A stretch of DNA of 53,746 bases from Polyangiales bacterium. Lineage in GTDB: Bacteria; Myxococcota_A; Polyangia; Polyangiales; Polyangiaceae. The translations under genes were made by a program, and so were the position numbers. The first letter of the stretch is position 1. Every line of letters starts with the position of its first letter. Where the stretch lies: positions 1-53,746 of the forward strand of contig JBBRNJ010000063.1 of NCBI GenBank assembly GCA_038230375.1. Reading direction: 5' to 3'. The notes below the pieces were generated by a model. The model saw only the letters and a list, made by a program, of their open reading frames with translations. It made no database searches and had not been told where the DNA came from. Positions 28,130-36,761 of this stretch are shown piece after piece.

Positions 28130-29619
28130 CCGCCACCGTTTCCGTTTCCGTGTCCGTTGCCGTTTCCATTTCCGTTGCCAGGCGAGTCGTCAGCGAGCAC
28201 CCAGGTGTCCTTGCTTCCGCCGCCCTGCGACGAGTTCACGACACACGAGCCCTTCTTCAGCGCGACGCGCGTGAGCCCACCGGGGAGCACGAAGATGTCA
28301 TCGCCGCCGTACAGCACGTAGGGGCGCAGGTCCACGTGGCGTCCCTCGAGCGCGCCACCGGCGATCGTCGGGACGCGCGACAGTCCGAGCATGGGCTGCG
28401 CGATGTACTCACGGGGCGACGCCAGGATGCGCTCCTTGAAGACCGCGCGCTCCTCCGCGGTGGCCTCGGGGCCAATGAGCATGCCGTAGCCGCCCGATTC
28501 GTTCGCGGCCTTCACGACCAGCTTGTCCAGGTTCGCAAGGACGTGCGCGCGGTCCTTCTCGTCCCAGCACAGGAACGTGGGGACGTTGGGAAGCACCGGC
28601 TCTTCGTTCATGTAGTAGCGAATCATCTTGGGCACGTACGCGTAGACGACCTTGTCATCCGCCACGCCAGTGCCGGGCGCATTCGCGAGCGCCACTTTAC
28701 CTGCACGATACACGGACATGAGGCCGCGCACGCCGAGCATGGAGTCCGCGCGGAACGCGTCGGGATCGAGGAAGTTGTCGTCGATGCGCCGGTAGATGAC
28801 GTCCACGGGCTGAAAGCCGCGTGTGGTGCGCATGACAACCCGGCCTTCGCGCACGAGCAGGTCACGTCCCTCGACGAGCTCCACGCCCATCTGCTGCGCA
28901 AGGAACGAGTGCTCGAAGTAGGCGGAGTTGAAGACACCTGGCGTGAGCACCACGACGGAGGGCTCGCGCGCGGGAGAGAGGCTCTGCAGGGTGGCAAGCA
29001 GCTTGCTCGGGTACACGTCGACAGGGCGCACGGAGAGCTCCGTCCAGATCTGCGGGAACGTGCGCTTCACCACCTGGCGGTTTTCGAGCAGGTACGACAC
29101 GCCGGAGGGACAACGGAGGTTGTCTTCCAGCACGTAGTACTGACCATCGCGATCACGCACGAGGTCGGTGCCCACGATATGGCAGAAGATCCCCTTCGGC
29201 GGAGTCAGACCTGTGCACGCGGGGAGCAAGCCCTTCGCGCTCATCACGATCTCCCGCGGGATGATGCCGTCAGCAAGGATCTTCTGCGCACCGTACATGT
29301 CAGCGATGAACGCATTGAGCGCGAACACGCGCTGCTTCAATCCGCGTTCGATCAGCCGCCACTCGTGCGCCGGCACCACGCGCGGCACGATGTCGAAGGG
29401 CATGATCTTCTCTGCGCCGGCATTGTGCCCGTAGACCGCGAACGTGATCCCGCGCTGGAGAAGCGCACGCTCCGCCGCCCGCTGCCGGCTCTCGAGCTCA
29501 CCGTCAGGCAATGCCGCAAGCCGCTTCGCAAGAAGTGACGCATGAGGCCGAGGCTCGACCCCACCGTCGACCCACATCTCGTCGTAAAACCCGCCAGTGT
29601 CATAGGGGCCAATCCGCAC
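28123..29619 (-). CDS. Circularly permuted type 2 ATP-grasp protein (DUF404/DUF407)
   Basis: [73 protein letters not shown]. Confidence 0.96.
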   Translation of the reverse strand: MRIGPYDTGGFYDEMWVDGGVEPRPHASLLAKRLAALPDGELESRQRAAERALLQRGITFAVYGHNAGAEKIMPFDIVPRVVPAHEWRLIERGLKQRVFALNAFIADMYGAQKILADGIIPREIVMSAKGLLPACTGLTPPKGIFCHIVGTDLVRDRDGQYYVLEDNLRCPSGVSYLLENRQVVKRTFPQIWTELSVRPVDVYPSKLLATLQSLSPAREPSVVVLTPGVFNSAYFEHSFLAQQMGVELVEGRDLLVREGRVVMRTTRGFQPVDVIYRRIDDNFLDPDAFRADSMLGVRGLMSVYRAGKVALANAPGTGVADDKVVYAYVPKMIRYYMNEEPVLPNVPTFLCWDEKDRAHVLANLDKLVVKAANESGGYGMLIGPEATAEERAVFKERILASPREYIAQPMLGLSRVPTIAGGALEGRHVDLRPYVLYGGDDIFVLPGGLTRVALKKGSCVVNSSQGGGSKDTWVLADDSPGNGNGNGNGHGNGNGGGC

Positions 29620-29682
29620 CCCACGACGATACCGGATGAAAAGTTTCGAGTGTGTTTCGAAACAGCCGGTCTACCGAGACCC

Positions 29683-30456
29683 CTACAGAGAGCTGTTCAG
29701 CGGGTCGTATTTGTTTCCGCCTTTGACGAAGACCTCTTTGGCCTTCTGGCGGGGGCCGCGGGGCTTCGGCATCTTCGCGGCGCGATCCTGGGCTCGCTTC
29801 GTGGAGTCGGCCTTCTGCTTGTCGTCGAACTGCGTGAGCGCCTTGCGCTGGTCATCGCTGAGGCGGTTCTGGCCAACGGGCGATGCTTCCGGGATCGGGG
29901 TGGGGGCGGGCGGCGGCGCGACGGCGGCAACGACCTTCGGCGCCAGGTTCGACTCCGCCGCGGATGCATCCGCGCCCTTGATGCTGGACAGGCCGAGCAC
30001 GCCAAGACCGATGACAGCGGCGAGGGCGATCGCGCCGAACACGACCTTCTTCTTGCCGCCCGACTTGAAGGCGGGCACGTCGAGGTCGTCGTATGCGCTG
30101 CTCTGCGTGTCGAACGTGTCGAACGCGACGGGGCGAACAGTGGACGGAAGCGACGGGTCGACGTACGGCGTGGAGTACTGCGCCATGCCGTTCGGCTGCG
30201 AGACGGGAACCGCGAACGGCGCCATGGAGCTGGGTGCGGCTGCTTGAACCGGCGGGGGCGCGGTCTGCGTGGTGTCGTTTGCGTCGTCGAGGCCCGCGGC
30301 CTGACCCAGCGGCAACCACTCCTTCATGCCCTGACGGAACACGAGGGTCTCCTCCGTCACGTCACCGCGCTGGAAGGCCGCATCGAGATCGTCGAGCGAG
30401 ACGGTGATGACGTTGCCATTGGGCAGTCTCACGTACCACTGGTTCTCGACGCTCAT
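29683..30456 (-). CDS. GYF_2 (DUF4339) domain membrane protein
   Basis: WYV..SLDDLDAAFQRGDVTEETLVFRQGMKEWLPL, then a Pro-rich linker, one TM helix and a YDPLN tail. Confidence 0.78.
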   Translation of the reverse strand: MSVENQWYVRLPNGNVITVSLDDLDAAFQRGDVTEETLVFRQGMKEWLPLGQAAGLDDANDTTQTAPPPVQAAAPSSMAPFAVPVSQPNGMAQYSTPYVDPSLPSTVRPVAFDTFDTQSSAYDDLDVPAFKSGGKKKVVFGAIALAAVIGLGVLGLSSIKGADASAAESNLAPKVVAAVAPPPAPTPIPEASPVGQNRLSDDQRKALTQFDDKQKADSTKRAQDRAAKMPKPRGPRQKAKEVFVKGGNKYDPLNSSL

Positions 30457-30664
30457 TCCGATCCTCCTGAAGCGGCCAGCGACACGCCGGGCCTCCAATA
30501 AGGATGTGCGACGAGCGCCGCCGAGAAAACCAAGGACGTGAATCGAGACGCGTTTTGTGCCGCACCACAGCGGTAACGATCTCGCGCAGACGGAGTTTCG
30601 TCGGGTGAGGTAGGACACGTGACCACCGCTTTGGCGTGGATCAGAAAAGCCCCACCGTCTGCCA

Positions 30665-31165
30665 TCAACCAACGCGGATGATCTCGTAGACGTGCGCCTT
30701 CGGTCCAGCAGAGACCTCATCGCCTTCTCGCTGACCGAGCAACGCGCGACCGAGCGGACTCGTCGTTGCGAGGGTCGCGTAGCGCTCGCCGCGCACCTCC
30801 ATCGCAAGACCACCGGGCTCCGCGACAAGCAGGTAGCTCGTCGCAGTGCCGTCGTGCTCGAGCGTGACAAGCGCGCTCACCGCGATCTGTTTGCCGTCGG
30901 CAAACGACAGGAGCTGCAGTGACGAGAGCTTCGCAAGGCTACGCTCCATCGCCGCAATGCGCTCTGCCATGCCGCGAGCGATGTAGGACGCCTCTGTGGA
31001 GCGCATGTCCTTGTCGTTCTCGGGGCGGTTCTCCTCGTGGGTGGCCGCCTCGCGCGCATCCTCGGCACGCGCCTTTGCCTCGGCCAGCGTCTTCTTCAAC
31101 ACGCGCTGCGCCTGGTCCAGGATCTCGCGCTTCAGGTCCAGCACCGGAATCGGGGAGGTCACCAT
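30665..31165 (-). CDS. GreA/GreB-family factor (ATHEE..EN subtype)
   Basis: Coiled coil with ATHEENRPENDKD..EASYIARG; C-terminal SPLGRALLGQREGDEV. Confidence 0.85.
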   Translation of the reverse strand: MVTSPIPVLDLKREILDQAQRVLKKTLAEAKARAEDAREAATHEENRPENDKDMRSTEASYIARGMAERIAAMERSLAKLSSLQLLSFADGKQIAVSALVTLEHDGTATSYLLVAEPGGLAMEVRGERYATLATTSPLGRALLGQREGDEVSAGPKAHVYEIIRVG

Positions 31166-31187
31166 GAGCGTTGTAGCATCCGACGAC

Positions 31188-32651
31188 ATGCGTAGAAGCT
31201 CGAACCTTCCCTTCCACGTGCTGGCCCTGCTTGCTGCCCTTGGCCCGTGCAGCTGCAAGAAAGACGGCACCGACGCGACCGGTGGCCCCGACGCCACGAC
31301 CCGAGCGCCAGACGCGAGCACGCAGACCGCGGCCAACTCCCCCGACGCAGGCGCGACCGCCACGACGACCGTGGCCGAGCCCGAGCAGCCACGCGCCCAG
31401 TTTCATGGCTTCTTCGGCAAGAGCGCAAGCGGCCCATCGTTCTGGCTTGGGCTCCGACGCCGCGGAGACGCCGTGCAGGCGATCTACCGCGCATCATCCT
31501 CTACCAGCTTCACGGGCCGCATGACCGACGCGACGCACTTCACGCTGCGCGAGAGCCGTGTGCCCAGGGGCGAAAAGCCCGCAACGCTGGTCGGCGAGCT
31601 CGCGTCCGACTCCGCGCTGATCGCCACCATCACCGACGGTCGCACGCAGAAGAAGACGCAGCTCACCTCGAAGGGAGATGTCTTCGACGAGCGGAGCGCC
31701 GACTTCAAGGAGGAGTACACGGGCTCGCTCGGCGGCCGCTTCATCCGCATGAAGCTGGAGAAGACCGGGGAGAAGGTGACCGGCGTCTATCGGTACGCGA
31801 AGAGCGCAGAGGACATACGCCTGGAGGGGACCGCGAAGGACAAGACCGGCGCATTCGAGCTCACGGAGAAGGTCGGCTCCAAGATCACCGGGCACTTCGC
31901 CGGTGTCTTCGTCTCCAAGGCAGGCATGCTGGCGGAGTGGTCGTCCCCCGACGGCGGGCGCCGCTTCCCGGTGAAGATGGATGAGGGCTCTGGCTACCCG
32001 GAGACGGTGGAGGTGGGCCAGGGCATCAAGCTCTATCCACAGGAGAACCTGATCGAGGGCAAGCGCTGCAAGGAGGACTTCGTCTTTCCCCAGCTCCGCG
32101 GCGCGAAGGACGCCGCGAAGCAGAGCGCGTTGAACGCGGTGCTGTCCGGGAATCTGGGCAAGGAGAAGACGTGCGTCGGGCCCGACGAGCCGGAGATCAT
32201 GGACTACGAAACCTCCGAGAGCTACTCGCTCTCGACGCATAAAACAGGGCGTTTCGTGGGCATCTCGCAGGGCGGCTACTCGTACACGGGCGGCGCGCAC
32301 GGCAACGGAGCTACCGAGTGCTTCGTGTTCGACGTGAAGAACCTCTCGCGCATCCGCCTCGGGGAGTCGCTCACCGACGCGGGACGAAAGAAGCTCGGCG
32401 AGATGACGACTCATGCGCTCACGAAGCAGCTCGGCGTCACGAAGCTCACGGACTCGTACTTCTATGCGGACGACGTGGAGATCCAGAAGACGACGAACGT
32501 GTGCCTCACAGACACCGAGATCGAGGTGAGCTTCAACCCGTACGAGGTCGCGCCCTACGTGGCCGGGTTCCAGAGCGTGACCTTTCCGAAGGCCGACGTG
32601 CGCGAGCTCTTCGAGAAGAACGAGCTCCTGGACGCGCTGTTCACGCAGTGA
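31188..32651 (+). CDS. Lipoprotein with duplicated beta domain and C-terminal DUF3298/RsiV-PdaC-like domain
   Basis: YSYTGGAHG and FNPYEVAPYVAG; signal peptide ending CSC. Confidence 0.8.
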   Translation: MRRSSNLPFHVLALLAALGPCSCKKDGTDATGGPDATTRAPDASTQTAANSPDAGATATTTVAEPEQPRAQFHGFFGKSASGPSFWLGLRRRGDAVQAIYRASSSTSFTGRMTDATHFTLRESRVPRGEKPATLVGELASDSALIATITDGRTQKKTQLTSKGDVFDERSADFKEEYTGSLGGRFIRMKLEKTGEKVTGVYRYAKSAEDIRLEGTAKDKTGAFELTEKVGSKITGHFAGVFVSKAGMLAEWSSPDGGRRFPVKMDEGSGYPETVEVGQGIKLYPQENLIEGKRCKEDFVFPQLRGAKDAAKQSALNAVLSGNLGKEKTCVGPDEPEIMDYETSESYSLSTHKTGRFVGISQGGYSYTGGAHGNGATECFVFDVKNLSRIRLGESLTDAGRKKLGEMTTHALTKQLGVTKLTDSYFYADDVEIQKTTNVCLTDTEIEVSFNPYEVAPYVAGFQSVTFPKADVRELFEKNELLDALFTQ

Positions 32652-33441
32652 CGGGAGGCAGCGTGTACGTCTGCGAGCTGAACAGGGTCTCGAATCCGAG
32701 CCGCTCGAGGATGGGCGCCGACGTTGCGTCCATGGCATGCGTGACGGCGTACTCGATGCCGCGCACGCGCAGGCTCGCGAGGCGTGCGGTGAGCAGCGCC
32801 GCGTACGCGCCCTGCCCGCGGAACTTCGCCAGGACCTGTGCGCCGAGCAGATAGCCGTGATCGCCACGATCGATGAGAGCGGCGGTGCCCGCGGGCTCGC
32901 CGTGGACGAACGACATGAAATGGCGCGCGATGCGCGGTGCTTCCTCGATCGAGCTCGCGAACACCTCGCGGTCCACGGGCCTGGTCTGGATGCCCCAGCC
33001 GCGCCCGAGGACGTCGATGTACGTATCGAGCGTGGCGAGAGTGACCTCCGCGGATGTCGTGTCGGCGGCAGCTACCTTGATCGCGTGGTCCGTGCGGATG
33101 CCCATGCCGCGCACGGTGGATGCGGTGAAGCCGCGCGCGAGCAGGCGCTCTCCGAGATCGAGCGGGCGGCTCCACGACCCCACGCGCCACTTCGTGGGCT
33201 GATTGCACGCGCGGTACGTCGCGACGGCCTCGTCGATCACGCGCTCTACATCGGTCCCTTCGGGGAGCACGCAGTATGCGATCTCGTTCGCCATGCCGCC
33301 GGGCGCGGTGGGGCTCACGACCTGGTACCAGCCCTCGCGCGTGATGATGCGCGTGTCCGGAAAGAGCAGCGACCGCGCCTGCGGTGCGAAGATCGCGGCC
33401 ACGCGCTTCCGTTCGTCGGTCCAGGCGTTCACGGAGTTCAC
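32641..33441 (-). CDS. GNAT family N-acetyltransferase
   Basis: VLAKFRGQGAY acetyl-CoA motif; SAPILERLGF. Confidence 0.88.
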   Translation of the reverse strand: MNSVNAWTDERKRVAAIFAPQARSLLFPDTRIITREGWYQVVSPTAPGGMANEIAYCVLPEGTDVERVIDEAVATYRACNQPTKWRVGSWSRPLDLGERLLARGFTASTVRGMGIRTDHAIKVAAADTTSAEVTLATLDTYIDVLGRGWGIQTRPVDREVFASSIEEAPRIARHFMSFVHGEPAGTAALIDRGDHGYLLGAQVLAKFRGQGAYAALLTARLASLRVRGIEYAVTHAMDATSAPILERLGFETLFSSQTYTLPPVTA

Positions 33442-33463
33442 GGAGGCATTGTACGACGACGCG

Positions 33464-34261
33464 CTACTTCAGGATCGCGAACGTCTGCTGGTTGAGGGCG
33501 ACCACGTTGTCGCCGTGCCAGAGCTCGCGCAGCTCCACGAAGTAACCGCCAGCCTGCGCGATGGAGCGCGCGCGATAGAACAGCGGCACCGCGGGATCGA
33601 GCGTGGACGGGTCCTCCATGAACTCGGCCATGAAGCTCACGGTGGCCATGGGCCGTGGACCGCTGGCGAGATTGAACTGCGCGGGATAGAACGCGTCGAG
33701 CCTGCCCACGAGCGCCGCGTGCGTGAGTCGTGAGAGCACGGTGCGCTCGCGGATGAACCCGGTCACCTCTGGATCCTTCGCGGACGTGAATGGCAGCGTG
33801 CCGGCGATGCGGAACTCGTAGTGCTCCGCGAACGCCGGGCCCATCGGCGCTCTGATGGGCGCGACGGGCACATCCTCCCAGCACAGGCGCGGCGGCGACG
33901 GCATCCCCATGGGCGGCACGTCCGTCACGCGGCGAGCGCTTGCCATCGTGAGCGACGCGTGCGCGACGATCTCGCCGTCCTGGAACAACCGCGACGACAC
34001 GTTCGTCTGGTTCTTGCCGCGCCGCAGGACCTGGGTCGCGATCCGCGAGCTGACCGCGAGACAGGGCCCGCAGATGTCGCCCATGATCGCGCGAGGAAGC
34101 CGCGCCAGGTCGGGCTCACGCGACTGCATGGCATCGAGCAACGTGGCGAGAACGAGGCCACCGAATGCGCCCCTCCCCTGCTGCCATCCCTCCGGAACCT
34201 CCCAGGAGAGCTCCTCCGAAGAAACAGGAACGAGTGTCCGAGCGTGATCGAACGAAACCAT
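33464..34261 (-). CDS. Acyl-CoA thioesterase (TesB-like double hotdog)
   Basis: WQQGRGAFGG, VLRRGK, DAFYP and GYFVELRELW motifs. Confidence 0.88.
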   Translation of the reverse strand: MVSFDHARTLVPVSSEELSWEVPEGWQQGRGAFGGLVLATLLDAMQSREPDLARLPRAIMGDICGPCLAVSSRIATQVLRRGKNQTNVSSRLFQDGEIVAHASLTMASARRVTDVPPMGMPSPPRLCWEDVPVAPIRAPMGPAFAEHYEFRIAGTLPFTSAKDPEVTGFIRERTVLSRLTHAALVGRLDAFYPAQFNLASGPRPMATVSFMAEFMEDPSTLDPAVPLFYRARSIAQAGGYFVELRELWHGDNVVALNQQTFAILK

Positions 34262-34341
34262 GTCGGCGTTGGATGCTACCGCACACGGCCCCGTTGCGAG
34301 CCCCTTGACCCACCTCACATACCCAGCGTAGTTCCCCACCC

Positions 34342-35286
34342 ATGCGGCGAGCAGCCACAGTCATCCTCGCGACGTCCCTGGCGGCCTGCCAATCACAGCC
34401 GACGACGACGACGACACCGACTTCGACACCGACGACGGCCTCGACTTCGACTTCGACACCGACGACGACCTCGACTTCGACCTCGACCTCGACCCCGACC
34501 TCGACCCCGACCTCGACCCCGACCCCGACCTCGACCTCGACCCTTCCCCCCTCACCCACCGGATTCGTGCAGACTGCACATATCTCGATCACCAACAAAG
34601 ATCGCACGTACTCCCTCTTCGTCCCTCCCAGCTACGATCCAAAGAAGACCTATCCCCTCGTGGTCGTCATCCACGGGGACGGCGGTACGGGGGCGCAGAT
34701 CCGTGGTGCCTTCGCGCTCGAAGCTGTCGCGGCAGGTGGCGCGATCTTCGCTTACCCCGATGGGCTCAATCACACCTGGAAGCAGGCCGACAAGCCCGAG
34801 ACGAACGAGGACTTCTTCTTCTTCGACGGGATGGTCGCGAAGACCACCGAGAGCTATCGCGTCGACACGCGGCGCGTCTTCGTCACGGGCTTCTCGAGCG
34901 GCGGCTACATGGCGAACCAGCTCGGGTGCTACCGCGGCGGGACCATCCGCGCGATCGCCCCGATGAGCGGCGGCGGTCCCTACGACGCGGTCGGCGGTCA
35001 CTACGACGCAGAGGGCCACCTCACCTGCAACGGCAAGGCGGTCGCCGCGATGATCATCCATGGCGACATCGACGGCGTCGTCGGGTGGAACGAGGGCCAG
35101 AAGAGCCTCTCGCACTGGTCATGGGCCAATCAGTGCGGTTCATTCCCGAACGACGGCCCCCCCGATGCGTGCAGGTCCGGGCAATGCGCGCAGCCGGTCA
35201 CGTTCTGCACCGTACGCGGCAAGGGCCACCAGCTCTGGTCGGAGGCGCCCACGCGGGTCTGGCAGTTCTTCGCTGGCTTTCGCTGA
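34342..35286 (+). CDS. PHB-depolymerase/LpqC-type esterase lipoprotein with Thr/Ser linker
   Basis: LAAC lipobox, PLVVVIHG, GFSSGG nucleophile, IHGDID, GHQLW. Confidence 0.88.
   Translation: MRRAATVILATSLAACQSQPTTTTTPTSTPTTASTSTSTPTTTSTSTSTSTPTSTPTSTPTPTSTSTLPPSPTGFVQTAHISITNKDRTYSLFVPPSYDPKKTYPLVVVIHGDGGTGAQIRGAFALEAVAAGGAIFAYPDGLNHTWKQADKPETNEDFFFFDGMVAKTTESYRVDTRRVFVTGFSSGGYMANQLGCYRGGTIRAIAPMSGGGPYDAVGGHYDAEGHLTCNGKAVAAMIIHGDIDGVVGWNEGQKSLSHWSWANQCGSFPNDGPPDACRSGQCAQPVTFCTVRGKGHQLWSEAPTRVWQFFAGFR
34401..34542. repeat. Degenerate (ACCTCG/ACCCCG/ACTTCG)n repeat encoding a TS/TP linker
   Basis: Read directly from the sequence. Confidence 0.9.
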
Positions 35287-35329
35287 TTCGTCTTGATCGC
35301 GCACGCGTGCGGCGTTGTCATGGCGCGCG

Positions 35330-35626
35330 ATGCTGGGACGAAGACACTTTCTCCTCTCCGTGAGCGCTGCGGCGCTGGGCGCAGGCTGCGGTAAGCCGTC
35401 GCGCGAGAACCTCACGTGCATGGACCTCACCGGGGTCGACACGGACGACATCACCGCGCGAAACGCGGTCACTTACATGGACCGCTCGCGCGACAAGACG
35501 AAGACCTGTGAGAGCTGCGTGCAGTTCGTGCCGCCGAAGACCGACGCGTCGTGCGCATCGTGCAAGGTGCTGAAGGGGCCGATCCATCCGGACGGCTCGT
35601 GCAGCGCGTACGCGAAGAAGTCGTGA
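35330..35626 (+). CDS. High-potential iron-sulfur protein (HiPIP), Tat lipoprotein
   Basis: RRHFLL Tat motif, AGC lipobox, R.AVTY..CESC.QF..C.VLKGPIHPDGSC..Y. Confidence 0.85.
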   Translation: MLGRRHFLLSVSAAALGAGCGKPSRENLTCMDLTGVDTDDITARNAVTYMDRSRDKTKTCESCVQFVPPKTDASCASCKVLKGPIHPDGSCSAYAKKS

Positions 35627-35846
35627 GCAATTGAGGCTCACGCAACCCAAATCGGACATGGCGGCCATCGCCGAGCGTCGTGGAAAAAAGCGCGCCACCG
35701 AGAAGCCATTAACAAGCGGATTGACCGTGTTTAGGTTGACCCTACACGAGATCGGGAAGCAGTCGCTGAACGAGGATCGTGGAGAGACGTGTAGCGTCGT
35801 GGCGAGGGGCGAGCGGGCAAGCGACGCTCGGCGAGGAAATTTCTAG

Positions 35847-36743
35847 ATGACCGTGCTGCACTACCTGTTTGCGTGGGCCAATGCGCCCTTCACCGTCGCG
35901 GCAGGCATTGCGATCGTCTTTGCGCTGCTGTCGGCATCCGGTTTGCTCGGCCTGCTGGCGGGTGGAGGACACGGCGACGGGGAGTCCGACCACGAGGTAG
36001 ACCACGACGTGGATGCCGGTGGTGATGCGGACGCGGACGCCGGTGCTGGCGGACACGACGCCGACCACGACGTTGACCACGATGCTGACGACGGCGACGA
36101 CGACGGCGACGATCAGGCGAGCGGAGGCCGTGGGTTCGGGGCGATCGCGTTCGGACCGCTTGGCATCGGCAAGGTGCCTTTCTCCATCATCTGGCAGACG
36201 TATGCCCTCGTCTTCTCGGTGATCGGGCTCGCGATCAACTCGCGCTTTTCCGCCGAGGATGGCTCCGTGCCGCTTCGCGCGCTCATGTTCTCGGGGCCCA
36301 TCGCGTTCGCGGCGGGCTACGGCGCCGTCGCGGCCCTGGCGCGGGTGCTCGGCCCCATGCTGTCTTCACGCAAGGAAGACGCGACGAGCCGCAAGGAGCT
36401 CGTTGGGCAGCTGGGCGTGGTCATCTCGTCACGCGTGTCCTCCGATTTCGGAGAGGTGCGTGTGAAGGACAAGAGCGGGCACGACCTGCGCGTCATCTGC
36501 AAGCTCGCGCGCGGTATGCGTGCCCCGCGCGAGAAGGAGAGCATCGTGATCGTCGAGCTCGACGCGAACGGCGTCCTCTTCGTGGCACCTGTGGAGCGTC
36601 CGGATGGCAGCGACGACACCGACGACGCCACCAGCGCGGCCGACGGCCCCAAGCGCGTGGTGGGTAGCAAAGAACCCCAGGACGAAGATACGACTGACCG
36701 GGACTCGGAAGAGGACAAGGCGCGGGACGCGAAACATTCGTGA
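35847..36743 (+). CDS. YqiJ/DUF1449 (NfeD-like OB-fold) membrane protein
   Basis: ANAPFTVA, His/Asp-rich loop, LGIGKVPFSI, LVGQLGVV..GEVRVKD..G. Confidence 0.85.
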   Translation: MTVLHYLFAWANAPFTVAAGIAIVFALLSASGLLGLLAGGGHGDGESDHEVDHDVDAGGDADADAGAGGHDADHDVDHDADDGDDDGDDQASGGRGFGAIAFGPLGIGKVPFSIIWQTYALVFSVIGLAINSRFSAEDGSVPLRALMFSGPIAFAAGYGAVAALARVLGPMLSSRKEDATSRKELVGQLGVVISSRVSSDFGEVRVKDKSGHDLRVICKLARGMRAPREKESIVIVELDANGVLFVAPVERPDGSDDTDDATSAADGPKRVVGSKEPQDEDTTDRDSEEDKARDAKHS

Positions 36744-36761
36744 ATAGGAGGTATCTGGATC

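Noticed and set aside
35709..35747. TTGACC direct repeats upstream of the yqiJ-flotillin cluster
   Set aside because: Only two exact 6-mers and an imperfect dyad, too weak to call an operator.
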